From Octopus sinensis (Eukaryota), in assembly GCF_006345805.1 (NCBI RefSeq), contig NW_021831940.1, forward strand, positions 1 through 34,730: DNA of 34,730 nt, in the 5' to 3' direction. A program made the position numbers and the translations under genes. Position 1 is the first letter of the stretch; each line of letters begins with the position of its first letter. Shown in pieces: positions 1-11,645 of this stretch. Below the pieces are notes generated by a model. It worked only from the letters and a program-made list of their open reading frames with translations. It was not told the DNA's origin and ran no database searches.

Positions 1-138
1 TATATATAATTAATATGTTCAATAAGAAAGAAAAGAAAGAATTATTTTCGAAATTTTTCTCTTATGAGGTCTTTCCGCTTCTACCTATAATTTCTTGTTA
101 CAGTTTTCCTTATTAAGAAGTTGTCCTTTAATGCTATC

Positions 139-143
139 TATAT

Positions 144-189
<46 letters not shown>

Positions 190-208
190 TTATATATAGA
201 TATATACA
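139..208. repeat. (TA)n microsatellite
   Basis: Visible TA run. Confidence 0.95.
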
Positions 209-371
209 TCAATAATCATTACACAAAACAATTCTAAATTGCTTATAATCATGTTCATCATTTCCTTGATTGTCATCATTAACAAAGTAAATAACATCAT
301 ATTGTCATCATCATCTAACATCCCTTTATTTTCTGGCATGGCTGGACAGGAACCAAGACTGCACTGTGCCA

Positions 372-446
372 AGATCCGTTCCATAATCGATCTCACTATC
401 TCGAGAGTGTGAGCTGACGATCTCACCACTGAGCCATGCACTTCCA
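372..446 (-). mobile_element. Decayed tRNA-derived SINE head
   Basis: Minus strand GTGGAAGTGCATGGCTCAGTGGTGAGATCG...GAGATCGATTATGGAACGG has an A-box and decayed B-box and resembles the SINE head at 32710. Confidence 0.6.
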
Positions 447-779
447 CAGAACGGAAAGGAAGAAAGAAAGAGAAAATGAAAAGAAGAGGAACTACAAGAG
501 ATAGATGATAGTAACGAAGTGACTCCGTTGCCCCATGGGGTAAAATGCAAAGCATCGATACAGAGGCTGTAATTATGTGCCCCAAAAAGTTCGCTCGAGG
601 TATGGCTGTTATTTCTAGCATGTAGATAGCCTGGTTGAAAACCGTAGATCGGGGGTGAGGTTTATTTTTTTTCTTTTGAATAAATGTCATTTTACAAACA
701 AGACTTTTTTCAGAATCACTATCTCAATCTTTTCTACGTATTTCACAAAAAAGTGGGAAGGGTGAGTTAAATCTGCGCC

Positions 780-981
780 ATATACATACACACATACATA
801 CATACATACATACATATATAATATATAGTATAATATATATATATATAATATATATTATATATATATATTAATATATATATAATATATACTATATATATAT
901 ATATATATAGTATATATATATTAGATATATATATATATAATTTATATTATTTATATATATTTCTATATATTTAATATATAT

Positions 982-1030
<49 letters not shown>

Positions 1031-1062
1031 TATATATAATATTAACATATACACACACACAC
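780..1062. repeat. (TACA)n/(TA)n microsatellite
   Basis: Visible. Confidence 0.95.
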
Positions 1063-1109
1063 TATACATTTATAGCCTTGATTGTCATCATCAACAGAGT
1101 AAATAACAT

Positions 1110-1285
1110 CATCATCATTGTCGTCATCACCTAACATCCATGTTCCTTTCTGGCTTGGACTGGACAGGATCCAAGGACTGCACTCCGCTCAAATGTCTGC
1201 TTTGGTCTCCTATTTCTGGTTAGATGCCTTTCCTAACATCAACCAACTCACAGCATGGGCTCGGTGCTTTTATCATACTACCCCG
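1110..1285 (-). mobile_element. SINE 3' remnant with (CAT)n tail; partial second copy at ~264-370
   Basis: catcatcat..aacatcc..ggactggacagg..gatgcctttcctaacatcaacc resembles recalled cephalopod SINE tails; 264-370 aligns with 1076-1190. Confidence 0.5.
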
Positions 1286-1689
1286 ACTATTGAAGTTGCC
1301 ATCTCAATCTGCTTCAACCTCCACCCTCCCGATTCTACGGGCTTCACAACAGGATATCTAATGCTACAAAAAGCAGCCAAATCTCACACAAACTATTTTT
1401 GGCTCATACGTACACAATCTGTATCGAATGCCTATGGGTTATTTCTACACAAATATGACCCTCGATTTTGCCTCCTTTTAACTGGAAGAAAGGTTCATAT
1501 TTTAGTAAAATTTTTGACATATGTGTACATGCTGATTATATTGGAATTCTTTTAGAAAAAGTTTTATCCTAGAGGTGGGGAGAATTTCAAAAATTCCAAT
1601 ATCGGCATTTTTTGGACTAAGAAAGCTTTGATGAAATAATGAAAGAAATATGCAATCAATCTACTAAGTCCTCTGAATGTCCTGAAAGA

Positions 1690-4600
1690 AAGGACTGCGC
1701 TTTGTTGCGAAGGAGCTTCACGCTATGATCTTGACATTGTTGCTTTATCTGAGACAAAACTTTCTTTCTACCATGCTTTGAAGGGCATTATAAGAAATAT
1801 CCCTCGGGCAGACAAAGTCATCGTACTGGGTGACTTTAATGCTAGAGTGGGTAGGGATCTTAACACATGGACTGTAATTGGAAAGCATGGGGGGTGGGGA
1901 AGTGTAATAGTAATGACATGCTTTTGCTGCACATGTGTGAAGAGCTGAGTCTCGTGTTACCAATACCATGTTTCATCAACCAAAGAATAAGCTTAGGACT
2001 AAAGAATGGCATATTCTGGATTACATCCTAGTTAGGGTGCGTGACAGACAGGATGTGCAGTGTGATCGTGTTCTTCGTGGAGCTGAGTGTTGGACTGACC
2101 ACCGCCTAGTACGACGTTTGCAACAGTGAAATTAGTCACAAAAACATAAAAATCCGAGCTGCAGGGATGATCCTGCCTAAAAGAATGAATGTTGGTATAA
2201 TAGTGTGAAGAGAACTTTACGAGAGGAAATGAATGCTGCAGATATTGCGGGGGGAAGATTGGCCGAACCTCAAAAGTCAGTTTATGATATAGGCAAGAAG
2301 TTCTGGGATTGATACAAAGAAAGCATCAAGATGGTTCAAAGAAAATGATGAACATATAGATGATTTATTGGCTGATAAAAGGCGTACTTTGTCACGCTAT
2401 TTGTCAGCAAAGTCACAGGAAAGGGAAGTGTTGCATAGGGAACTCAAGGACGTAAATCACGTGTGAGGCAAAGGCTCTCTCAGATGAGGGATACGTGGTG
2501 TGGAGTAAGAAGGCTGACGAGATACACAGGCGGCATGAGATTCCAATAATACAAAGTTGCTGTATGGTCTCTTGCGAGAAGTTTAGGACCGACGTCTTCC
2601 CTGATGACACCAATTCGAAGCAGGGATGGTAAAGAAGTTCTTCATGATTCACAGGAATTCTGCGAAGGTGGCAAGAACACTTTGATGAACTTTTGAATCA
2701 ACAGTCTGTAGTTAGTGAGGATGTTCTCAATCTCATCCCTGGATTGCCTGTGAAGGCAGCACTCGCAGAACCACGAAAGTTGGAAGACGTTGCAATGGCT
2801 GTCTCAGGTTGTTGAATAATGGGAAGTCTCCGGGTATGGATGGCATACATGCGGAGTTGTTACAGTATGGTGGTGAGAAACTTCTGCAGAAACTTCACTC
2901 TTTGTTTGGTAAGATATGGACAAGTGAATCTGTACGAGGACTGGAGAGATACAGTAATGGTGGAAGGGAAAGGGCAGCAAGAATGATTGTGGTAATTATA
3001 GGAGAGTATCATTGCTGTCTGTTGTAGGAAAGGTTTTATGCATGGTACTTCTGGATCGTCTGCTGAAATCCGTTGCAGACTGTGTTCTTCAAGAAAGTCA
3101 ATCTGGCTTTCGTGTGGGATGTGGCACTGCTGATATAATCTTTTCAGCTAGACAGCTTCAGGAGAAGTGTGGAACAGGGTCTGGATTTGTATCAGGTTTT
3201 GTAGATCTGACAAAAGCCTTTGATACCGTCAATAGAAAAGCATTGTGGAAAGTCCTCCAGAAACGTGGGGTGTCCTGAAAAGTTCCTTGCTTTGGTTAGG
3301 TCTTTTCATGAAGACATGAATGGTAGGGTGAATGTTAGAGGGAAAATGTCGGAGCCCATTGCAATACAAAATGGAAATAGGGGGAGGGGATATCCTGGCA
3401 CCGACCCTATTTGCCATATATCTTGCGATGGTGTTCTGTATTGCATTCAGAAACTGCAGATACGGTGTTTACATCCATTATCGAACCTCTGGCAGCATAT
3501 TTAATATCAGGCACTTTGCTGCGAAAACAAATGCATTTACCTCTATCATGAGAGACCTTTTGTATGCAGATGATTGTGATCTAGTAGCACACACAGAGAT
3601 TGGTATGCAACACATTTTTAATGCATTCTCTGATGCTTGCACTGCCTTAGGATTGACAGTGAATCTCAAGAAAACTGTTGTCATGCATCAATCTGCCCCT
3701 GGTAAGCAGTATAGTGTACACAAATATCTATGTGTATCTTAAACGACTTGATGTAGTTGATCAGTTTGTCTACCTGGGAAGCACTATTATAGATATAGCA
3801 ATTTGGATGATGAAATTCCACATAGAATAGGAAAGCAAGTGTTGCTTTCGGAAGGGTAGAAAAGCGCCTCTGGAGTCGGCGAGACATATGCAGAAAGACA
3901 AAGATAAAGGTGTACAAGGCATGTGTGCTCCCTTCTCTTCTCTATGCCTGCGAGACGTGAGTCACATATCGATACCACTTTAAACAACTGGAACGTTTCC
4001 ATCAGATGTGTCTTAGACGGATCTATGGGCATTAAGTGGAAGGACCGCATCAGTGATCTTGAAATATTGAAGGCTCTCGGTGTGAAAGTGTAGAAGAGCT
4101 CTTGTGTTAAAGCGAAGGCTCAGATGGAGTGGTCATCTGGTCAGGATGAAGGATTCAAGGATGCCAAAACAACTCTTTCATGGAGAGTTAGCTAAAGGAG
4201 AACAACCTCCACATAAACCAAAAGAGAGGTATAAGGACTTGCTGAAGGCTTCCTTAAAAGATGCTTGCATCTCTCCTGACACAGGGGAAGGCATAGTTAT
4301 TGATCGTAGCTGGGGGAGAAGGATTGTGTACGAGGGGGACAGCCACTTTTGAGAAATCTCGAGTGGCACATAAGAAAGTAAGGAGGGATGTCAGGAAGCG
4401 CATCGCTGATACACTTCCAGATGGGAAGGGTCTTCCTATGATGCTGACATGCAGTGTCTGTGCAAGACCCTGCCTCAGAAAAGCTGGACTCAAGAGTCAT
4501 CTTCGTAGTTAAAGCGAGAAAGATGAGAAAGATGAAAGTGACAACTGGCCACTGGTGGTGGTGTAACACACCATACAAATAATATCTGCCGGGCATGCAA

Positions 4601-4755
4601 AAAGAGAGTGTAATTCGGCAGGAGGAGACTTAAAAAACATGCACAGGTACATGAAGCCCAGTTACAACTACAGCCGGCTTACGGGTAAAGGTTTTAGTTG
4701 CCAATTCTGTACAAGACTGGGCTAAAAAGTCACATTCGATCACACCGCCAGTAAC
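1690..4755 (+). mobile_element. Degenerate RTE-clade LINE (AP endonuclease + RT + C-terminal C2H2 fingers), many frameshifts and stops
   Basis: Motifs across frames: YDLDIVALSETK, LGDFNARVGRD, VTNTMF, WHILDYILVR, GAECWTDHRL (EN); KSPGMDGI, ESQSGFR, FVDLTKAFDTV, LAPTLF, LLYADDCDL (RT); LRWSGHLVRMKDSRMPKQLFHGEL; CSVCARPCLRKAGLKSHLRS. Confidence 0.93.
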
Positions 4756-5003
4756 AGTTAAAGCTTGAAATATGTTACAAAGGAAAATATAAAATACACG
4801 TGAAAATTTAAGGGGAGAATAAAAAAAATCAACGAAAATGCACATTGTAATAGAAAAAGAAAAAGCTTTTTATGAAAGGTAACGACAGATATATACTTTT
4901 AGATGGGATGAGGTAGTAATAAAAGTCATTATTACGAGATGATTAAAAAGTCAGAAAGCAAAGCATACCATGGTTTCGTCATAAGCTATTCGTTCCCCCG
5001 CCC

Positions 5004-5052
5004 TATATATATATATATATATATATATACTATATATATATATATATATATA

Positions 5053-5106
<54 letters not shown>

Positions 5107-5131
5107 CATGTATATAACTACGTATATTATA

Positions 5132-5167
<36 letters not shown>

Positions 5168-5178
5168 GCATACATATG
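5004..5178. repeat. (TA)n microsatellite
   Basis: Visible. Confidence 0.95.
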
Positions 5179-5396
5179 CAGTCAGATCTAGTCAAGTAAT
5201 TTGCCTCATTTGTTTGTTAAATCTAGTTGGAACCGATAGATAAGAGAAAATCATTTGGTCATTATATTTGTTGACTGTAGTTGTTGATTTTTTCGTAGAA
5301 GCTATTGGCTTGAAGCAGGGTTAGGTGTTTATGTAGTTTTCTGATGGTAGTAGGGACAAACAGAGGCACACAATCGTACACATATATACACTTCTG

Positions 5397-5545
5397 TACG
5401 ACGGGCTTTTTTCAGTTCCGATACGAAATCGAATCATAAGGATTTAGTCGACCCGGGACGATAGAAGAAAACACTTGTCTAAGCTGCCACGCGGTGGGAC
5501 TGCACCAGGAACCGTGTGGTTGGTAAGCAGGCAACCCCCCACTGA
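5397..5545 (-). mobile_element. tRNA-derived CORE-type SINE, 5' half, decayed
   Basis: Reverse complement aligns with the SINE copies at 5598 and 25572 (ggt(t/g)cagtcccac..cgtggca..gtgt.ttct.ctat..; gaaaaaagcccgtcgta). Confidence 0.75.
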
Positions 5546-5554
5546 GATATATTT

Positions 5555-5596
<42 letters not shown>

Positions 5597-5597
5597 T

Positions 5598-6025
5598 GAG
5601 GCGTAGGAATGGCTGTGTGATAAGTAGCTTCCCTACGAAACGCAGTGTTCTTGGTTCAGTCCCACTGCATGGTATCTTGGGCTAGTGTCTTCTACTATAG
5701 ACTCGTGCCGACCAATCCTTGTGAGTGGAATTGATAGGCGGAGCATACACACACACACACACACTCACACAAACATATATATACACATATATGTGTGTGT
5801 GTGTGGGGCTATGTATATATATATTATATTATATATATATATATATACACGTTTGTATGTCTGTTTATCCCTCCAACACCGCTTGACAACCGGTGCTGGA
5901 GTGTTCATGTCCCCGTAACTTAGCGTTTCGTCATAAGAGAAAATAGATTAAATACTAGGCCTACAAAAAATAAGTATTGGGTTCGGATTTCGCGAAATAA
6001 AGGTGCTGCTGCGGCATGGAATATA

Positions 6026-6113
<88 letters not shown>

Positions 6114-6252
6114 GGTGTGTGTGTGGTGTGGCGATAGTTTAAATACTAGGCCTACAAAGTATAAGTCCTGGTGTCGATTAGCACGAATAAAGGCATTGCT
6201 CCACCATGGCCGCAGTCAAATGATTGAAAAATTAAGTGTACAAAACAGAAAA
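5598..6252 (+). mobile_element. tRNA-derived CORE-type SINE with internal microsatellites and a duplicated 3' tail
   Basis: A-box TGGCTGTGTGA, B-box GGTTCAGTCCC, CORE-like cttgggctagtgtcttctactatag; the tail aaatactaggcctacaaa..taag..catgg occurs twice (~5950-6020 and ~6140-6230). Confidence 0.8.
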
Positions 6253-6669
6253 TAACCAGAAAAGTTTATATTCTCTTAACTACATAATTAAGGGAGATAA
6301 CTGAAAATCAACTTTTAGAGTTACTTCCCTTTACATATCAATAAAAGACATGACAGTTTAAGATGTAGGTGCGTTTGTTTTTCGCATGCGAAGGGCACGC
6401 TTGCATTCCTGCAAGAAGAGACAAACATACACATGCAAATTTTCTGCTGTTCACTTTAACAAATAAACATTATAATTTACATTTAATTACACCCGAAAAC
6501 TATGTAAAGTACACCCTATCCAGTACTACCCTTTGGACATGATCGGTTTTTCTTTTGTTTTAGATAGTATATATGCGTATGTGGGTATAGACACGTCTAT
6601 ATGTATGAATGCATGCTTATGTATATTAAATATATATTATATATGATATATGTATGAAACAAATCGCTT

Positions 6670-7848
6670 GCCGTGAATTACCGTCCAATCTCACTCACCT
6701 CTCATATCATTAAGGTATTTGAGAGAGTGCTGAGATCGCGTATGACTCACTTCCTTGAGAGTCATATGCTGAACTCCAACCAGCATGGATTCCGTAATGG
6801 AAGAGATTGCCTGACGCAGCTACTGCATCATTTTGATGTCATTTTGAGAGCCTTGGGAGAGGGCTCCAACACTGATGTCATCTTCCTTGATTTCAGCAAG
6901 GCCTTTGACAGGGTTGAACATAAGATCCTTCTGAGAAAGCTGTCCAATATTGGTGTCACTGGAAAGCTGCTGCAGTGGATCAAGTGCTTCCTGTCTAACA
7001 GAACCCAACATGTTGTAGTCGAAGGAGTCAAATCCAGCCCAGCCAAAGTCAGCAGTGGTGTCCCACAAGGCACTGTGTTGGGCCCACTTCTCTTCATCAT
7101 CTACATAAATGATATTACTGACACCATCAAACACAGTAACATCAGAACCTTCGCTGATGATTCCAAGCTCCAGAAGGTCATCAATGGCGTGGATGACCGA
7201 ATAAGCCTTCAGTCAGACCTACTGGCTGTTGTCCAATGGGCGGAAAAGAATAACATGTTACTAAACGAAGACAAATTCGAACTGATCCACTTTGGAAGGG
7301 AGGACGCTCTAAAACTCCCATACTCTCTTCCTTCTGGAGAAATTCTCATGGCGTCTAACAACATCAGAGACTTGGGAGTAACAGTGGACAACAACATAAG
7401 CTGGGCTACACATATAAGCAGCAAAGTTGATATGGCCCGCAGAATGTGTTCCTGGATTCTCAGAACCTTCCAGTCGAGAGATTCCCACACCATTATCCTT
7501 CTCTTCTCCACTTTTTCCCGACCCCACCTTGAATACTGCTGTCCACTACACAAAAAAAAATATTATGAGAATTGAAGCTCCCCAAAGGTCAATCACAAAA
7601 AAGATAGATGGCATGTCAGACCTTGACTACTGGGGTAGACTAGAGAAACTGAAACTGTATTCACTCCAACGACACCGTGAACGCTACATTAACTGTATGA
7701 TGTGGAAAATATTCCATCAGCACTGTCCGAATGATGCTGGCATCACCTTCGAAATACATCCAAGGCTTGGACCACGTGCCATCCGTCCACAACAAAAATC
7801 TAAATCGCATCTCATAACAACAATACGGTACAATCATTTTATCTCAAT
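6670..7848 (+). mobile_element. 5'-truncated CR1/L2-group LINE, RT domain (ORF 6673-7575, continuing after a frameshift to ~7848)
   Basis: NYRPISLTSHIIKVFERV, QHGFRNGRDCLTQLL, FLDFSKAFDRV, GVPQGTVLGPLLFIIYIND, FADDSKL, RPHLEYCCP, RLEKLKLYSLQRHRERY. Confidence 0.95.
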
Positions 7849-7971
7849 TGTATGTATGTATATATATATAGTTATATGCATGTATATATATATAGATATA
7901 TGCATGTATATATAGATATATATATATACATACATACATATATACATAAATACATATATACATACATATAT

Positions 7972-8013
<42 letters not shown>

Positions 8014-8022
8014 TAATATATA

Positions 8023-8060
<38 letters not shown>
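7849..8060. repeat. (TA)n-rich microsatellite
   Basis: Visible. Confidence 0.95.
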
Positions 8061-8063
<3 letters not shown>

Positions 8064-8280
8064 TCAATTTAGGGTAGCAAAAAATTCAATAGAAATTTAT
8101 CGCTACACCGCGGCCTAGTGGAAAAGAGAAAATAGTCAAAGACTAAAATATATAAATATAACAATTTAGGAGTGGCCTTAACAGGCCATTCGTCCACTAG
8201 AAAGAGCAGCCAGAACTCAAACCGCCAAGCAGTAGTAATTCAGAAATTAGGTCAAAATTTAAAAACGTTTACCCTAATTC

Positions 8281-8384
8281 ATCTTTTAGAAGATGCATCG
8301 TTTCTGTGTTTTTAATAATAAACTAGCTTAATTAAATTAAATTAAGCTAATCTATCATAGGTCACACTTCATCAGTAAAAAACC
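8281..8384 (-). ncRNA. Type I hammerhead ribozyme fold with long stem II (PLE/retrozyme-like)
   Basis: Minus strand: gttttttA-CUGAUGA-a-gtgt[long hairpin]acac-a-GAAA-cgatgcatct-UC-taaaagat; stem I ~8 bp; palindrome GATGCATC in stem III. Confidence 0.7.
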
Positions 8385-8499
8385 TTGGAGAGACAAATAT
8401 ACACGAGGCGTCTGTATCAATGCCTCCGGAATATCTGTCTTAAAATTTTCAAGACCAACGTGTTCGCGCCAACCCATCAGCAGTAAATATAAGTTTATA

Positions 8500-8567
8500 T
8501 GTCCGGCTCTGTTTGAAGGAATTTGTCCAGAGACTTCTTGAATTTTGTGTGGTCAGTTTCTTTTTTG
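8500..8567 (-). mobile_element. CR1-type LINE ORF2 C-terminal fragment, inverted
   Basis: Minus strand translates KKETDHTKFKKSLDKFLQTEPD, like the CR1 C-terminal FKxxLDxFLxxxPD motif also seen at ~29270. Confidence 0.6.
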
Positions 8568-8575
8568 ACGTGTCC

Positions 8576-8832
8576 CGTCAAATGCTAGAATTCTGAAGAG
8601 ATATACGTTGGCCAGACTTGGAATGCACTAGTGGAACGGTCACGTGTGCTCCAACAGTAAATAAGAGATCCTGATGTCGGCCAGATGATCCCTTAAACCG
8701 ACCACTGGCAACTTGTGGTCTACACAACTGAAGACAAGGCGAGAGAAATGTTAGAGAGGAAAAATTTATTGATAAACTGAAACCATTTTAAATGGGCCAA
8801 AACTAATAATAGTTAGTAACGGTGATGACTGG
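8576..8832 (+). mobile_element. Penelope-like GIY-YIG 3' fragment (left arm of inverted repeat)
   Basis: NSEEIYVGQTWNALVERSRVLQQ; near-identical reverse complement of 10783-11043. Confidence 0.85.
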
Positions 8833-8869
8833 AATGATGATGATGATGATGATGATTATGATGATGATG

Positions 8870-8905
<36 letters not shown>

Positions 8906-9070
8906 TTAATAATAATAATAATAATAATAATAATGATGATGATAATAATAATAATAATGATGATGATGATGATAATAATAATAATAATAATGATGGTGAT
9001 AATAATAATAATAATAATGATGATGATGATGATAATAATAATAATAATAACAATGATAATAATGGTAATG

Positions 9071-9112
<42 letters not shown>

Positions 9113-9118
9113 TGATAA
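8833..9118. repeat. (ATG)n/(ATA)n trinucleotide microsatellite
   Basis: Visible. Confidence 0.95.
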
Positions 9119-9119
9119 T

Positions 9120-9322
9120 TTATAGGAATTTATAGCTAACACCTTGTTACGTGCATTTAGTTCAGATTTCAGGACTGCACGAACTCTCCTATAACATTCC
9201 TTCCTGATTTTCTCTTTCATGCTTGCATGCTGAATACCAGAGCCTTCATTTATCCCTAAATATTTGTATGTTTGCTCTTGCTCAGGCTCTCTTATGACTG
9301 TGTCAACATCTAACACGACTGA
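9120..9322 (-). mobile_element. R4/Dong-like non-LTR retrotransposon RT-thumb fragment
   Basis: EQEQTYKYLGINEGSGIQHASMKEKIRKECYRRVRAVLKSELNARNKVLAINSY matches the R4/Dong YKYLG..RRxxxxLKSELNxxNKxxAINxxA pattern; flanked by TAA-type repeats. Confidence 0.8.
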
Positions 9323-9340
9323 ATTATTATATTATTATTA

Positions 9341-9373
<33 letters not shown>

Positions 9374-9376
9374 TTA

Positions 9377-9414
<38 letters not shown>

Positions 9415-9812
9415 ATAATAATAAAATAATAATAATAATAATATAATTAATAATAATAATAATTGATAATAATAATAATATATATAATAATAATAAGAGT
9501 AATAATAATAATGATGATAATATATTATCATTATTATTATTATTATATTATTATTATTATTATATATCATTATTTATTATTATTATCATTATTATCATTA
9601 TTATTATTATTATTTATTATTATATTATTATTATTATTATTAATATTATCATTATTATTATTATTATATTATATCATTATTATTTATTATTATCATTATA
9701 TTATATATTATTATCATTATTATCATATTATTTTATTATTATTATCATTACCATTATTATCATTGTTATTATTATTATTATTATCATCATCATCATCATT
9801 ATATTATTACTC

Positions 9813-9846
<34 letters not shown>

Positions 9847-10241
9847 CATTATTATTATTATTATTATTATTATCATTACCATTATTATCATTGTTATTAT
9901 TATATTATTATCATCATCATCATCATTATTATTATTATTATTATCACCATTATTATATTATTATTATTATCATCATCATCATCATTATTATTATTATATC
10001 ATCATTATTTATTATTATTATTATTATTATATTATTATTATTATTATTATTTTTTATTATTATTATTTCATTATTATTATTATTATTATTATATTATTAT
10101 CATATTATCATTACTATTATTATATATAATATTATCATTATTATTATCATTATTATTATTATATTATCATTATTATTATATTTATATTACATTATTATTA
10201 TATATTATTATTATATTATTATTCATTGATTATTATTATTA

Positions 10242-10283
<42 letters not shown>

Positions 10284-10512
10284 ATTATTATTATTATTAT
10301 TATTATCATCATCATTATTATATTACTATTTATATTATTATATATATATATTATTATCATTATTATATTATATTATTATATTATCATTTACCATTATTAT
10401 CATTGTTATATATTATTATTATCATCATATTCATCATTATTATTATTATTATTATCACCATCATTATATTATTATTATATCATCATCATCATCTATTATT
10501 ATTATTATTTCA

Positions 10513-10543
<31 letters not shown>

Positions 10544-10689
10544 CATCATCATTATTTATTATTATTTATTATTATTATATATTATTATTATTATATTATT
10601 ATTATTATCATATATTATCATTATATCATATATTATATTATTATAATATTTATCATTATTATTATATTATTTTATATTATATATTATCA

Positions 10690-10726
<37 letters not shown>

Positions 10727-10783
10727 TATATTATTATATTATTATTATCATCATCATCATAATCATCATCATCATCATCATCA
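9323..10783. repeat. Long degenerate (ATT)n/(ATC)n microsatellite
   Basis: Visible; source of spurious I/L/Y ORFs. Confidence 0.97.
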
Positions 10784-11645
10784 TTCCAGTCATCACCGTT
10801 ACTATAACTATTATTAGTTTTGCCTATTTAAAAATGGTTTCAGTTTATCAATAAATTTTTCCTCTCTAACATTTCTTTCGCCTTGTCTTCAGTTGTGTAG
10901 ACCACAAGTTGCCAGTGGTCGGTTTAAGGGATCATCTGGCCGACATCATGATCTCTTATTTACTGTTGGAGCACACGTGACCGTTCCACTAGTGCATTCC
11001 AAGTCTGGTCAACGTATATCTCTTCAGAATTCTGGCATTTGATGCAGTAAATTAAATTTCTGCTTTTGCAGTTCATATTTACATTTGCAAATATTCTTCC
11101 GTTTATTTTTTGTTGCAATATTGACCGATATGTATGAACTGACATGTCCCACATCGATTATCATTGTACTTAGACACAATGAATGATTCGTATTGTTGCT
11201 AAGATCACACTTTGCCTTTATTAAATGTTTCAAGTCTTTCGACTGTCTTTTACTTAGAGCCATTACTCCATCCGTGATTATATCTTCTAATTCATTACTT
11301 TGAATAATGATCAGCAAGTTTGATTTGCAATGCTTAAGGTATTCCGGTAACATGGGTTGTGTGCCACTATTACTGGTATGATCTGTTCTCGTTTTCCTCT
11401 TCCTCGGGTGGCCCTAAGTTCTTGTATGGGTATTTCTATATCAAGCTGTACACCATTTTCTATGAGTAGAGAGGGATATTTTTGCTTGGGTAGAGATTCT
11501 TTTAGTTTTGTTAGGCTTTTGTCTCTGATTCTCACATCCTCCACAAACGTACACATTTTCTCGGCTAGGTTGTATGGGATATTGCGTTTTGTATATGTTG
11601 GATAGTAAAATTTGAAGTTCAGGTATTGAACTTTAAAGGTTATTT
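10784..11645 (-). mobile_element. Penelope-like element 3' part (RT C-terminus, linker, GIY-YIG), decayed
   Basis: QYLNFKFYYPTYTKRNIPYNLAEKMCTFV..LKESLPKQKYPSLLIENG; NCKSRNLIYCIKCQNSEEIYVDQT. Confidence 0.88.

Noticed and set aside
604-620. Reverse complement resembles the sgRNA scaffold GCTAGAAATAGC
   Set aside because: That tetraloop is engineered; only ~12 nt match and the flanks are unrelated
190-1555. 166-aa and 145-aa ORFs
   Set aside because: They run through SINE remnants and microsatellites with no recognisable domain
8445-8490. Additional hammerhead on the minus strand (ctgatgg..gaac)
   Set aside because: Both core motifs are mismatched and stem I is unconvincing
9463-10854. 463-aa and other I/L/Y-rich ORFs
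   Set aside because: Translation of the (ATT)n microsatellite
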